A stretch of 64,000 nucleotides of DNA, taken from positions 800,001-864,000 of the forward strand of contig CAXXWS020000003.1 in NCBI GenBank assembly GCA_963665325.3, read 5' to 3'. This stretch comes from Alphaproteobacteria bacterium. Lineage in GTDB: Bacteria; Pseudomonadota; Alphaproteobacteria; Bin95. The stretch's first letter is position 1, and each line of letters starts with the position of its first letter. This document shows positions 18,785 through 32,877 of the stretch, piece after piece. Both the position numbers and the translations under genes were made by a program. The notes under the pieces are model-generated. The model had not been told where the DNA came from. It did no database searches and was given only the letters and a program-made list of their open reading frames with translations.

Positions 18785-21320
18785 TTGGACGGAACAGCGA
18801 TCTATCGAATTGCTCTCGGCGACAACAAACAGCCAGACCCTTGGCAGCATGACCTCATGAAGGGCGAGTGGCCGCAAGTACTGATCGCGCCCACCGGCTC
18901 GGGCAAGACAGCGGCTGTCACTCTCGGCTGGGCCGCGCATCGACTGCGATCGCCCGGTACGACGCCGCTCCGCCTGGTGTGGTGCTTGCCGATGCGTACC
19001 CTGGTGGAGCAGACTGCGGGCGACATCAGAGGTTGGTTTGGCAAGCTGACCGAGGAGACGGATAGTCCAAAGGCGTTGCCCGGCCCAGAGGATGTGCATG
19101 TCCTTATGGGTGGCGTCGAGGCTGGCGACTGGCTTGCAAAACCCGAACAACCTGCGGTGCTCGTAGGCACTCAGGACATGCTCCTCAGCCGCGCGCTCAT
19201 GCGGGGCTACGCCACCTCGCGGGCCAAATGGCCGATGGAATTCGCACTGCTTCATGACGACGCACAATGGGTCTTCGATGAGGTCCAGCTCATGGGGGCG
19301 GGCCGCCCGACATCGGCCCAACTCGAAGCATTTCGCCGATGCGAGGCTGTGCGAGCCGCAAGGGCGCATCGCTCCTACGGTCGTCCTGCCCGAAGTCTCT
19401 GGATCTCGGCTACCCTCGATCCGGCTTGGCTCGAGACCGTGGATCATGCCGAACCACCGCCGGAAGCCGTGGTGCAGGTCGATCCGGGAGCGGCGATCGA
19501 CGGCCGGCTGGCGCGCCTCGCCAAGGCGAGCAAGACACTTCGCCGATCCGACGTCGCGCCAGCGTCCCCAAAGTCCGGTGACGTCGATCATTATATCGCG
19601 GAGATCGCGGAATCCATCCTGGCTGCTCACCGTCCCGGGCATATGACCCTCGCGATCCTTAACCGGGTGGCGAGAGCGCAAGCCCTATATGCGGCGATCA
19701 AACGATTGCTCCGACACCAGGAACCACCGCCACCGACACTGGCTCTCGTCCATTCGCGCTTCCGCTTGGCTGAGCGCGAACAGGAGATGGGTAAGGTTGC
19801 CAGAGGCGAGTCGAATGACGTCATCGTCGTCGCCACGCAAGCCATCGAAGCCGGACTCGACATCTCCGCCGCCGTTATGTTCACCGAGCTGGCGCCCTGG
19901 TCCTCCATGGTGCAGCGCTTCGGTCGCGCGAACCGGCACGCGGAGCTCGATGGCGGGGCAGAGATTCACTGGATCGGCGTGCTCGACGAAGCGAACGACG
20001 AGAAGGCCAAGCGCGTCTTGGCGCTTCCCTACGCGGCCGAGGAGCTTCATTCGGCGCGGGAACGACTCGCGTCGTTGGTCGACGCGGCTCCTGCAAATCT
20101 TCCACCGCCGAATGACATCGATCCCCCGCGTCGTGTCATCCGTAGGAAGGATCTTGACGATCTTTTCGATACGGACCCAGACCTGACCGGCTTCGATGTC
20201 GACGTCTCCCCCTACGTCCGCGATGTGGACGACACCGATATCCGCGTTTTCTGGCGCGATCTGCGCGATCGGTCCGGCACCGACCAGGTGCCGCCCCCGC
20301 CCCATGCGGGCGAGCTGTGCGCCGCTCCGATCGGCTGGGCTAAGGACTGGCTGAGGACGGTGCGAAGGAAAAGTTCCGACGATCTCGTCTTCGTACGTGA
20401 TCCGCAATGGCGGAGCGCGGAGAGTTCGGCTGGTGCAGCGCCGCCCGGCTGGCGGCCCTTTCGGGATGACCCGTGGCCGGGGATGACCCTGCTCGTCGAT
20501 ACCACGGCCGGCGGATACGATGAATCCATCGGATTCACAGGCGATCCCAAACACGTTCCGGCGCCGATCGCCGGCTCGACGGATTCTACGACCGCATCGG
20601 CTCCGTCACCGGCTACGGACGAGGAAGGTCACGACGAAGATCCGCGAAGCGCAATCGGAGTACCGGTGCTGCTCACCGATCACCTTGAGCATGTCGCCGC
20701 GGAGGCCAAGGCCCTCTGCTGCGCACTCGCCGTCGACCCCGAGACCCGCAGAGCCATCGTTCGGGCGGCGAGCTGGCACGACTTGGGCAAGGCGCACGCG
20801 GTCTTCCAGGACACCATGCAGCGAGGGCTCCTCGCACCCGATGCAATTAGAGGTGGGCTCCTCGCCAAGACGGTCGGGACTAACCTACGTCATGGTCGTG
20901 CCTTCTTCCGGCACGAGCTCGCCTCCGCCCTCGCATTCCTTGACCACGAACGCTGGTCGCGCGATGCCGATCTGGTGACCTATCTAATCGCCGCCCATCA
21001 TGGGATGGTCCGGATGAACCTTCGGGCACTGCCGCGCGAGCGCGCGCCAACGGGGGAGCGGGCAGGCGCACACTTCGCCCGCGGGGTATGGGAGGGCGAC
21101 GAGCTGCCGAGCGTCGATCTGGGCGCTGGCGAACGCTGGGCAGGCGGAACCCTTACCCTGTCGGTCATGGAGCTCGGCTGGGACGAGGCGACGCGCGAGA
21201 GCTGGGCCGAGCGCACGCGGGAACTGCTGGTGCGCTTCGGCCCCTTCCGGCTCGCCTGGATGGAGACCATCGTCCGCCTTGCCGACTGGCGGGCATCGGC
21301 TAAGGAACGGGAGGGAGGTT

Positions 21321-21334
<14 letters not shown>
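18785..21334 (+). CDS. cas3: type I-G Cas3 (N-terminal helicase, C-terminal HD nuclease)
   Basis: GGAGGA RBS, TTG start; APTGSGKT, DEVQ, SAT, QRFGRANR; C-terminal WHDLGKAH, RHE, AHHG, LADW. Confidence 0.95.
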
Positions 21335-24762
<3,428 letters not shown>

Positions 24763-24766
24763 AGGA

Positions 24767-26368
24767 ATGTTTGCCCTCACGTTCCGTTTTCCAGCCGGTC
24801 GCTACCACGCGACGCCGTGGGGCCGCAACGTCAACGAGGCGGATATCGCGTGGCCGCCAGAGCCTTGGCGGCTGTTGCGAACGCTCATCGCCGCTTGGTG
24901 GCGCAAGGGCGATCACGAGCGCTGGTCGAAGAGCGATCTTGCCGCCCTCATCGACACGCTGGCCGAGACCCCGCCCGACTACCACCTACCCGAAGGGGCG
25001 ATCCACGCCCACACACGCCACTACATGCCCCAAGGAAAGTTAGACAAGGGGAGAGAGAGAACGGCGCTCGTCTTTGACGGGTTCGTTCACCTGCCGAGAG
25101 GGGCGGAAATCGTGGCGGTGTGGCCCGACCTGGCTCTGAACGGGGATCTGTTCGAGTTGGCGGCCGATCTCGCCGAATCAGTCGGCTATCTCGGCCGCGC
25201 AGAGAGTTGGACCGAATGTCGGGCCGTGGACCACTGGAACGGCAACGCAAACTGTCGAGTCGTGGGAACCGAGGGCGCCGGAACTTCGATCCGTGTGATC
25301 GCGCCGCGCTCGCCCGCGGCGTATGCGGCCGAACGACAGCGCCTGATCGCGAATGCCAAGCAGGAAACAGCCGGCGCGGCGTTTCGGAGCAAAGCGACCG
25401 GTGCAGACACCCTGCCGGCGCGGCTCGTCGATGCGCTGGCGCTCGATACCGCAGACTATCAGGATCGGGGATGGAGTCGTCCGCCGGCGGCGCGCGAAGT
25501 CGTCTACATGTGCGCCGCAGACGCGAGCCCCGGGGTTATTCCCCGCGTGTTCGTCGGACGTCGCCACGCCATCCGGAGCGAGGATCGGCCGACTGTCGCC
25601 CGGTATCTGGTGGCCGGACGGCCCCTTCCCCGCATTGAAGATGCTGTGAAGCTCGGAGAGCTCATGCGCCGCGCCGCGCTCGCCCAGTTCGGCTGGAGGA
25701 AGGACGAGGTGATCGGCCGCTCGATTCCCAACGCGCCGTGGCAGATCTCGGGACGGGGCGTCGATGGTCGGCCTCTTGCGGATCCATCACATCCCCATGC
25801 TTTCTGGCTGCCGGAGGACGCGGATTCGGATGGCTGGATTGACCATATCTCGGTCTACATCGAGAGTGGCATCGACGATGAAGCCCGCGTCCGGCTCGAC
25901 CGGATCACCCGTCTCTGGCTCGCACCGAGGCAGCGCCCGAGCCACGATGAGCCCGATCCCGCGACTGTGAAGGAATGGCGGCTCGCGCTGGAGGGATTCG
26001 GCCGTCCAGCCGACTTCGCCGGGAGCGCGCGCATCTTCGGAATCGCGACCAAGTGGCGAAGCATGACCCCGTTTCTGGCCGCTGGGCACCTCAAGGCATC
26101 CGGCTACCCGGGCGAGGTTCTCCGCCTGCTCAGACGCCGCGGCCTGGATGCGGACGGAGTGGAGGTCGAGGAGCTGAAGAGCATCGCCGTCGGCGGAACC
26201 GAGCGCCGTGCCCTCCATTTCCACCGATTCCGTTCCCGGGGCGGCGAGAAGCAGCCCGACACGGCCGGCGCCCTCCTGCGCATCGTCTTTCCGCAACCGA
26301 TCACCGGGCCGCTTGCCATCGGATTCGGCAGCCATTTTGGCCTTGGGCTCTTCACGCCCGACGATTGA
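24767..26368 (+). CDS. csb2: type I-G Cas5/Cas6 fusion Csb2
   Basis: GRYHATPWG, WPPEPWRLLR, YLGRAESW, HPHAFWLPED, GPLAIGFGSHFGLGLF. Confidence 0.95.
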   Translation: MFALTFRFPAGRYHATPWGRNVNEADIAWPPEPWRLLRTLIAAWWRKGDHERWSKSDLAALIDTLAETPPDYHLPEGAIHAHTRHYMPQGKLDKGRERTALVFDGFVHLPRGAEIVAVWPDLALNGDLFELAADLAESVGYLGRAESWTECRAVDHWNGNANCRVVGTEGAGTSIRVIAPRSPAAYAAERQRLIANAKQETAGAAFRSKATGADTLPARLVDALALDTADYQDRGWSRPPAAREVVYMCAADASPGVIPRVFVGRRHAIRSEDRPTVARYLVAGRPLPRIEDAVKLGELMRRAALAQFGWRKDEVIGRSIPNAPWQISGRGVDGRPLADPSHPHAFWLPEDADSDGWIDHISVYIESGIDDEARVRLDRITRLWLAPRQRPSHDEPDPATVKEWRLALEGFGRPADFAGSARIFGIATKWRSMTPFLAAGHLKASGYPGEVLRLLRRRGLDADGVEVEELKSIAVGGTERRALHFHRFRSRGGEKQPDTAGALLRIVFPQPITGPLAIGFGSHFGLGLFTPDD

Positions 26369-26440
26369 GCAGAAATGTCACGGCGCGTATTCGCTGGGAT
26401 GCTCCACCATGGCGGGATTGTCAGTGTTTATCACGGGCGA

Positions 26441-27417
26441 GCTTCAATGAGGCCGGGGCCGGTCCGCCGACAGGTCCGCCGGCGTGCCGTCGCTTCAATG
26501 AGGCCGGGGCGCGCGCGCCCCGGATGCTTGCATCCGCTTCTCGAACGGCCGGGAGAGGAAATAGCTTCAATGAGGCCGGGGCGCGCGCGCCCCGGATGCC
26601 CTGAAGCAGCACGGCATCGTCATCATCGAGCCCGAAACCGAGCTTCAATGAGGCCGGGGCGCGCGCGCCCCGGATGCCGCCGTCATCAGGCCGCGTGCGA
26701 GGCGGCGACAAGGGCGCTTCAATGAGGCCGGGGCGCGCGCGCCCCGGATGCCCCGGAACTCGCGGCGGCGGTGGACGTGCCGACGCTGATGCTTCAATGA
26801 GGCCGGGGCGCGCGCGCCCCGGATGCCGGCCCGTCGACGTGGAAATGGTCGCCCGCGCGCAGCTGCTTCAATGAGGCCGGGGCGCGCGCGCCCCGGATGC
26901 CCATCGACGTCCCATCGGGACCAAGCCTCCACTGCGTGCTTCAATGAGGCCGGGGCGCGCGCGCCCCGGATGCCCTGGAACTCGGCGACGCCATCGGCGT
27001 CCGTCTTGCCGTGCTTCAATGAGGCCGGGGCGCGCGCGCCCCGGATGCCCCGGCTGGAAATAACCAGCGTCGGGCGGCATGAAGTCGCTTCAATGAGGCC
27101 GGGGCGCGCGCGCCCCGGATGCCGCGTCGCCCTGGGCGTCGACCGTCAGGAACTCGAGCTTGCTTCAATGAGGCCGGGGCGCGCGCGCCCCGGATGCCTG
27201 CGCTTCCGAACGCCTGGGCCGATCCGCAAGGCACGCTTCAATGAGGCCGGGGCGCGCGCGCCCCGGATGCCGCCGGACGCCACGGAAGGGCCGCTAAACT
27301 GCGGAGGGCTTCAATGAGGCCGGGGCGCGCGCGCCCCGGATGCCAGGTCGCATATGAAATCACCAAGCGCCGCAGACCGGGCTTCAATGAGGCCGGGGCG
27401 CGCGCGCCCCGGATGCC
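26441..27417 (-). CRISPR. CRISPR array: 13 full 37-bp repeats plus one truncated trailer repeat; complete spacers 35-41 nt
   Basis: Repeat on minus strand GGCATCCGGGGCGCGCGCGCCCCGGCCTCATTGAAGC; + starts at 26441 (truncated), 26492, 26564, 26642, 26716, 26791, 26865, 26938, 27013, 27087, 27162, 27235, 27308, 27381; a possible further decayed repeat near 26369-26403. Confidence 0.98.
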
Positions 27418-27682
27418 AGGCACCATACAACTTGTTGGTAGCCAAGACAAAATCCAGTCGATTTCGAGCGGTTCGGGAATTTCCTTGCAGCAGGCATCCT
27501 TTTGGCCCCTCGCGTGTCCTGGCGAGCGCCCCAAATCTCCCAGCTATCAACATGTTGCACAGATTCGAGCGATTCCCGGTATTTCTGCGTTGCTTCGCCA
27601 CTCGAACCGACTCGGCGGACCTCGCAACGGCTGATTTCAGTGTCAGGCATCGGATTCGCAATCCCTTGAAGCGAGCACATCA
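27418..27682 (-). promoter_or_regulatory. CRISPR leader
   Basis: AT-richer non-coding DNA between cas2 and the non-degenerate end of the array. Confidence 0.75.
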
Positions 27683-27976
27683 TCATACAACAACCGCTTG
27701 ACGCTCGATCGCTGAAAATGTCTTGCCGATGCTCATGACGGCGATATCGGTCTTATCTGCCGGCCCTATGTCGATCACCAGAACGTGGTCCTCGCCCGCC
27801 TTGATAAGTTCGCGCAGCTTCGTTTCCAGTTCAGCGCGACGACGACGCGACAGGCGGCACTGGAACACCGATAGCTGGAGCCATTCCCCAAAGCCGTGCA
27901 TGGTCTTGAAAACGCGCCGCCAGCGTCGCGTATCTGAGATGTCGTATGTGACGATGTAGGTGCGCTCATCGCTCAT
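27683..27976 (-). CDS. cas2: CRISPR-associated Cas2
   Basis: YIVTYDISD.RRWRRVFK...GEWLQLSVFQC. Confidence 0.95.
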   Translation of the reverse strand: MSDERTYIVTYDISDTRRWRRVFKTMHGFGEWLQLSVFQCRLSRRRRAELETKLRELIKAGEDHVLVIDIGPADKTDIAVMSIGKTFSAIERQAVVV

Positions 27977-27988
27977 GGTGACCACCTG

Positions 27989-29725
27989 TCATCGGGGAAG
28001 GTAGTGCGGATAATCGGGCAGTTCGCCCAGCAGATGGCGGCACAGCAGGCGCGCCTGGAGCAGCAGAAGCCGCCGCATGCTGAGCCGGTAGCCGAACAGC
28101 GGGTGGGTGGTTTCCTGAGAGAGCCGGCGCTCGAACGCGCCGACGAAACGGCGGCGCCCTGCTTGTGTCAGGGACGTGCCGGTGGGAGCGCTGACAAAGT
28201 CCCCCGGCGAGACCTCGCCGGTGTTGACCGCCGACAGGACCACCGAGTCCGCGATGATCGGCCGAAACGGCTCCATCACGTCGAGGGCGAGCGCGGGCTT
28301 TCCGTATCGCGGCGCATGGAAGAAGCCCCGATAGGGATCGAGACCAACCGTTGCTAGCGCGACGGTCAGATGGCGCGTCAGCATGGCGTATGCGAGCGAC
28401 AGCATGGCATTTACGGGATCGGTCGGAGGACGCCGGTTGCGGGCGTCGAAACGGAACGGCGCCAAGCTATCCCCAGCTTCCGCCGATTCCTTGGTGCCCG
28501 GTGGCGTCAGTAGATCGGAAAATGCACGGAAGTACGTTGCTGCCGCGTCCCCTTCCAGTCCGAGCAACGCGCTCACCGCAGTCGCGCGCTTCGTCGACCT
28601 CCGGGCGGCGTTGAGCCGGTCCAGCACGACCTTGCGCTGCTCGCGGTCGCCGCGCCAGTTGCGGCGCACAATGGTCCGCTGGTTCACGATCTTCGCGGCG
28701 ACCAGATCGCGGGCGAAGGCCAGGCAATAGGCAGGGTCGAAGCTGCGCTGGTACTGCGCCGTTCGGACTTCCACATTGCGGTGGCCAACTCCGTGGGCGA
28801 TGCCCCGAAACCAGCCGCCATGGCTGTGGAAGGCGACCGGGATTTCGCGGTCCATGAGTGCGGCAAGCGCGGGCGTGGTGATCGAGACGTTACCGAACAG
28901 CGCCACGTCGGACACATCGTTCAACCGGACGGTGGTATCGCCCTGCTCCTCGTCGGCGACCTTCAGTGTTTCGCCTTCTTTCGAGACCCGCGCCCTCTGC
29001 GACTGGACAACCAGCGGCAGGGCCTCGTCCGCCCCGATGGCGATGGGGCGGGGCGCCAGATCGGAGCCCCCGAGCGCGCGCATCTCGTCCGGAAGGCAAA
29101 TGGACACTAGCGCACAGCGTGGGCATTTCGGGCTGTCCCGTAAGGGTGGCGGAATGCGGCCGTGGGCGACCGTCAGACGCAGCCGGCTCACCGCCTCCCG
29201 TGCGGCGAGGCGGAGTTCATCGTCCAGGACAATCCGGACTCGCTCGCGGCTCTCGGCATACCAGATGGCGCCTTCCTCAACCCTGTAGCCGTGCTCTTCG
29301 AGCAGCAGCGCCTGAAGGCAAACCTGGACACGCTCCGGCTCGTAGGCGCCCTTCTCGACATGGGGCCGCTTTCCGCGCTTATAGTCGACCGGCGTAACCG
29401 CGCCGTTCTCGGCCTCGGCAATGTCGATTTTCGCGATAACACCGAGCTTCTCGGACGAGAGCGTCAGAGAGCGGCTGACAACCTTGGTATCGTCGCTCTC
29501 CAGAGCTTCGGGATCGGGCAACGGTTTGTTGGGTCGGTCGACTCGAGTATGCACCCGCCGCCCGTCCACCGTGTCGCCGGTCTCCGCCCATTCGGCCTGA
29601 CCCCACATGAGATAGGCGAGGCGCGGGCAATAGACGAACTCGTTCACCATCCTTGCCGGCACCAGCGGATGCTCGCCGGTCGCCGACGGCGCGGGAAGAT
29701 GGAGTTCAAGTTGCTTGGTTGTCAT
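27989..29725 (-). CDS. cas4/cas1: Cas4/Cas1 fusion
   Basis: YCPR, KIDI, VDYKRG, CPRCALVSIC (Cas4); LEGDAA, RNRRPPTDPVNAMLS, ALDVMEPFR (Cas1). Confidence 0.96.
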   Translation of the reverse strand: MTTKQLELHLPAPSATGEHPLVPARMVNEFVYCPRLAYLMWGQAEWAETGDTVDGRRVHTRVDRPNKPLPDPEALESDDTKVVSRSLTLSSEKLGVIAKIDIAEAENGAVTPVDYKRGKRPHVEKGAYEPERVQVCLQALLLEEHGYRVEEGAIWYAESRERVRIVLDDELRLAAREAVSRLRLTVAHGRIPPPLRDSPKCPRCALVSICLPDEMRALGGSDLAPRPIAIGADEALPLVVQSQRARVSKEGETLKVADEEQGDTTVRLNDVSDVALFGNVSITTPALAALMDREIPVAFHSHGGWFRGIAHGVGHRNVEVRTAQYQRSFDPAYCLAFARDLVAAKIVNQRTIVRRNWRGDREQRKVVLDRLNAARRSTKRATAVSALLGLEGDAAATYFRAFSDLLTPPGTKESAEAGDSLAPFRFDARNRRPPTDPVNAMLSLAYAMLTRHLTVALATVGLDPYRGFFHAPRYGKPALALDVMEPFRPIIADSVVLSAVNTGEVSPGDFVSAPTGTSLTQAGRRRFVGAFERRLSQETTHPLFGYRLSMRRLLLLQARLLCRHLLGELPDYPHYLPR

Positions 29726-29920
29726 CCGGCGGCTATCTGCTCCGAACGTCGGCGACGAGACCGTACCTCCAGATGCCCATAGTGCGCGTTTCTTTCAAAC
29801 TGGACACCCACTAATCCCCTGGCAGGGACAAACTAGAGCTGAATGACGCTGACGAGGCTTCCCTACCGATCACACCACGGTATTAGCCCGTGCCCCCAAG
29901 GCACAAACACTGGCATTGGA

Positions 29921-32860
29921 TCATAGGCTGAGATCGCGCTCGATGTGCTTCCGGGCGCCGGCCTCCCCGATTTCTGGCTCTCGCGTGCGATCCCGCTCTG
30001 GCGATATCGAAGCTCCGCTTTCCCGAACACTGTTGAGGCCCGCTTCCCGCCCCTTCGCCTGCTCCGGCCCGACCGCCTCCAGCGCCGCGATCCTCTCGCC
30101 GGTTGCCGTTTCGAGCTGCTCGCGCAGCGCCGCCCTGTCGTCGGTGACCAGTTCCGCCCGGTCGCGGGCCCGGCTGATCTCGACATAGAGCATCCGCTGC
30201 GTCGTCAGGTTGGGATGTTTCGCTTCCATTGCCGCGATTACCGTATCGACGGTGCGGCCCTGGAACGAATGCACGGTCGAGGCCCAGGCGCGGTCGACAT
30301 GGCGGAGCTGCGGATCGCCGGGAGCGAGATCGAGAGACCGCCCGTCCTCGAGCCGGAACGTGACCTTGCCGTCCCTCACCGCGGCGACCTCGGCGGCGCC
30401 GCTGTTCACCAGTCCCAGACCGGCATCATTGCGGGTCCAGCGGACGCGGTCGCCGGCGCGCAGTTCCATCTCCATGACCCTGTAGACCTCGACCCCGCCG
30501 CTCCGTGCCGCAATCCGCTCCGGCTCCCAGGCGACTGACCGGCCGTCCGCGCCGGCCAGTTCGACCGTGTGCGCCTTGTGATCGACGCCGGCGACCCGCA
30601 GCTCGTCGCCCTTCTCGACGCCGAGGCGCTTGTAGGGGCGGTGGAAGGCGACGACGTCGCCCGGCGCGTAGTTCGCCGCCAGCGCCTTCTCCGCATTCGT
30701 GTATCCCTGCGAGACCAGCCGCTCGGCGGTGACGGCGGGGCCGTGGACGACGCCGTCGCGCACCAGGCGCTCGCGGACGATGGCGTTGATGTCCTCGCGG
30801 ATGGCGTGGCTCGGCGCCATCAGCCCGGCACTGGCGCGCTCCTCCGGCGACAGCCGGAGCCAGCGCGCGGCGGCGGCGCCGGCGAGGTTGTCGGGCTTCA
30901 CCTCGGCGACGTTCGGCCCGAGCTTCCCGAAGGCGCGTCCGATGTCGCCGGCGAGGCTGGCCTCGACGGCGGCCTTCAGGTCGGGATCGCGCTGGCGGCG
31001 GATCTCGTCCATCAGGGCGGTCTCCATGCCGGCGGCCTGCAACTGGGCGAAGGGTTTCCCGGCGTCGACCGCGCCGAGCTGCTTCTCGTCGCCGACCAGC
31101 ACCACGCGGGGGATGCGCAGCGCATCGGCGATCCTGAGCAGGTCCCGGGCCTGGACGGTGGAGGCCAGCGAGCCCTCGTCGACCACCAGCGCGGTCCTGG
31201 CGAACGCGGCGCGCATCTCCTTCCCGCCCTTCCTCGTCAGCCGCCCTTCGGCGACGCCGGCATTGCGGGCGAGGAAGCGCTGCAGGGTCTCGGATTCGAT
31301 CCCGGCCTCGTCGCCGAGCGTCCGCGCCGCCGAGGCCGACGGCGCAAGCCCCCGGACCTGCCAGCCGCGCTTCTCGAGCAGCGCGCGGGCGCGGTTCAGC
31401 ATGGTGGTCTTGCCTGTGCCGGCATAGCCCTGTACCCCGACCGTGCGGTCGTCCGAGGCGAGGATCAGCTTCACCGCCGCCTTCTGCCCGGCCGTGAGCG
31501 GCCCGTTGCGGAGCGCCTTGTCGACCGCGCGGGCGCGCATCGGTGCCGCGATCCGTCCCCGGCCGGCGCGCATGAGCGCGACGGTCTCGGTCTCGTCGGC
31601 GACCGCCCGGTCGGTGGTCAGGCGGTCTTCGGCGCCCGGTAGCCGCGCCGCGAGCAGCGTCCCGGCCTTCTCCAGCGCGGCGACCTCGCGTTCGGCCTCG
31701 GCGATGGTCACCGCGCCGGTGCGCCAGGAGAGCGCCGCGGCGAGCAGATCGGTGCGGGCGAACACCGCCTCGCGCTCGGCCAGATGCGCCACCGCCCAGG
31801 CCATCGCCTCGGCGGCCGGGTCGGGGTGCTCCGCCGGCGTTTCCGGGGAGGCGATCTTACCCTCTACGGCCGCCGGTCCGGTTTCCGCCTCCACCGCAGG
31901 AGCCGCTTCGCGCACCGCATCCGTCCGCCCGGCCTCCTTCGCCGCCTGGGCGACCAACCCGCAGGCATCGAAGCCGAGATCGGCGGCCTGTTTCTCCCAG
32001 ATGCCCCGGAGTTCCGCCCGGTCGACATCGCGCTTCCCGGCGCGGGTCATCAGCGCGGCGCGCTGGGCGAGACGCTGGTTCTCCGCCGGGGTCCCCAGGC
32101 CGCGGGCGTCCATGGCCGCCTCGATCTCGGCGCGCCGCGTCGAAAAGGCCTCCACGACCGCGCGGGACACCCCGGCGATCTCGAAACGGCCGTCGGCGTG
32201 GGTCTTCTCGATGCCGTAGCCGAGCCGCGAGAGCCCGCGCGCCAGCTCGCTGCGGTAGAGCGCGCCGAGCAGCATCTTCGATTCGTAGAGCCTCTCGTTG
32301 GCCATGGTCCGCCATTTGCCGTCCTCCCCCTTCACCATGTTGGCGAGAACCGCGTGGGTGTGGAGCTGGGGATCGAGATTGCGGGACGTGTCATGCCGGA
32401 ACGTGGCGGCGATGATCTTCTGGTTGCCGGCGCGCACCATCCTGCCCGTGTCCGGATCCTTCATGCGGGTCTCGGCGGCGTTTCTCTCGACCCAGTCGAG
32501 CGCCGCCTTCACCGCCCGGTCGTGGGCCTCGGCGATGCGGGCGTCGCCGCCGACCAGCGCGGCGAGGGATACCGATTTCGGGGCGGAGAAGGTGAGGTCG
32601 CGGCCGGGACGGTGGGCGATCCCGCCGTCCGGGCCGCGTTTGCCCAGCTGCCGGCCGGTGCCGTCGGGCACCTTCCCTTCGAGCACGCCCCGGAACGCCT
32701 CCGGATCGACCGGGCCCTTCAGCCCGAGGTCTTCCGCGCCCCTGCCGAACCAGGCGCTGGCGTCGCGATGCTCCGGGTCGTCCCTGGCATAGTAGCCATC
32801 GCGCTCGTAGTAGCTCGCGCCCTGGGCGGCCGAGGCCAGCGCCCCGATCGAGGCCACCAT
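29921..32860 (-). CDS. traI: MOBF (TrwC/TraI-type) relaxase-helicase
   Basis: SYYERDGYY, DLTFSAPKSVS, HDTSRNLDPQLHTH, GYAGTGKT, VDEGS; true start MVASIG at 32860. Confidence 0.95.
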   Translation of the reverse strand: MVASIGALASAAQGASYYERDGYYARDDPEHRDASAWFGRGAEDLGLKGPVDPEAFRGVLEGKVPDGTGRQLGKRGPDGGIAHRPGRDLTFSAPKSVSLAALVGGDARIAEAHDRAVKAALDWVERNAAETRMKDPDTGRMVRAGNQKIIAATFRHDTSRNLDPQLHTHAVLANMVKGEDGKWRTMANERLYESKMLLGALYRSELARGLSRLGYGIEKTHADGRFEIAGVSRAVVEAFSTRRAEIEAAMDARGLGTPAENQRLAQRAALMTRAGKRDVDRAELRGIWEKQAADLGFDACGLVAQAAKEAGRTDAVREAAPAVEAETGPAAVEGKIASPETPAEHPDPAAEAMAWAVAHLAEREAVFARTDLLAAALSWRTGAVTIAEAEREVAALEKAGTLLAARLPGAEDRLTTDRAVADETETVALMRAGRGRIAAPMRARAVDKALRNGPLTAGQKAAVKLILASDDRTVGVQGYAGTGKTTMLNRARALLEKRGWQVRGLAPSASAARTLGDEAGIESETLQRFLARNAGVAEGRLTRKGGKEMRAAFARTALVVDEGSLASTVQARDLLRIADALRIPRVVLVGDEKQLGAVDAGKPFAQLQAAGMETALMDEIRRQRDPDLKAAVEASLAGDIGRAFGKLGPNVAEVKPDNLAGAAAARWLRLSPEERASAGLMAPSHAIREDINAIVRERLVRDGVVHGPAVTAERLVSQGYTNAEKALAANYAPGDVVAFHRPYKRLGVEKGDELRVAGVDHKAHTVELAGADGRSVAWEPERIAARSGGVEVYRVMEMELRAGDRVRWTRNDAGLGLVNSGAAEVAAVRDGKVTFRLEDGRSLDLAPGDPQLRHVDRAWASTVHSFQGRTVDTVIAAMEAKHPNLTTQRMLYVEISRARDRAELVTDDRAALREQLETATGERIAALEAVGPEQAKGREAGLNSVRESGASISPERDRTREPEIGEAGARKHIERDLSL

Positions 32861-32877
32861 ACCGGACCTCCCCGGGG

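Noticed and set aside
26441-27417. Self-targeting spacers and ORFs across the array
   Set aside because: No full protospacer noticed by eye (not exhaustive); the ORFs are repeat-translation artefacts
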